From Chrysomallon squamiferum (lineage: Eukaryota > Animalia > Mollusca): DNA of 64,000 nt. Location: positions 25,854,001 to 25,918,000 of the forward strand of contig CM022673.1 of the NCBI GenBank assembly GCA_012295275.1. The letters run 5' to 3'. Shown piece by piece: positions 63,763 to 64,000 of the stretch (position 1 is the stretch's first letter; each line of letters starts with the position of its first letter). Made by a program: the position numbers and the translations under genes. The notes under the pieces are model-generated. The model saw nothing but the letters and a program-made list of their open reading frames with translations, did not search any database and was not told the DNA's origin.

Positions 63763-64000
63763 CTAAAACACATGACTGTAGTCATTGTTTTTTTTTTTTA
63801 AATGGGTATTAGTCATTTATATATGATTATGTTTATTAAAATTTCTGATAAATTAATATTTGTGGGACGGTTTTCTTTGTTTTTTTGTGTTTTTGGTATT
63901 TGTAAGGTTTTTTTATTTTTTATTATTATTATTATTATTTTTTTTTTTTTTATTTTTTTTTTTTTTTTTAAGGCTGGTTTATTTGGTTGTTTGATTGTTT

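Overview
AT-rich, microsatellite-dense animal genomic DNA; an invertebrate, possibly a mollusc (inferred from composition and gene content only). Most ORF-track entries are low-complexity noise. Splicing exons by hand gives three genes. (1) A complete 4-exon + strand gene (1293-4926) encodes a 165-aa protein with an MGSCLGK acylation-type N-terminus and one SH2-like domain lacking both phosphotyrosine-binding arginines. (2) A complete 24-exon + strand RECK orthologue (10721/10745-49092, about 956 aa from ATG 10745) has one GC-AG intron, an overlapping uORF and two single-base frameshifts in short homopolymers (assembly error or a broken allele). (3) The last 10 coding exons of a - strand N-acetylglucosamine-6-sulfatase (GNS, 63762->56709) converge on RECK. 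The most unusual non-coding pattern is a set of minisatellites that duplicate real exon boundaries or a stop codon. The clearest is a 7-copy array of the RECK exon-15 acceptor in which every unit reads acceptor AG + CCT + donor GTAAGC. Comparisons with vertebrate proteins are from memory and need confirming by alignment.
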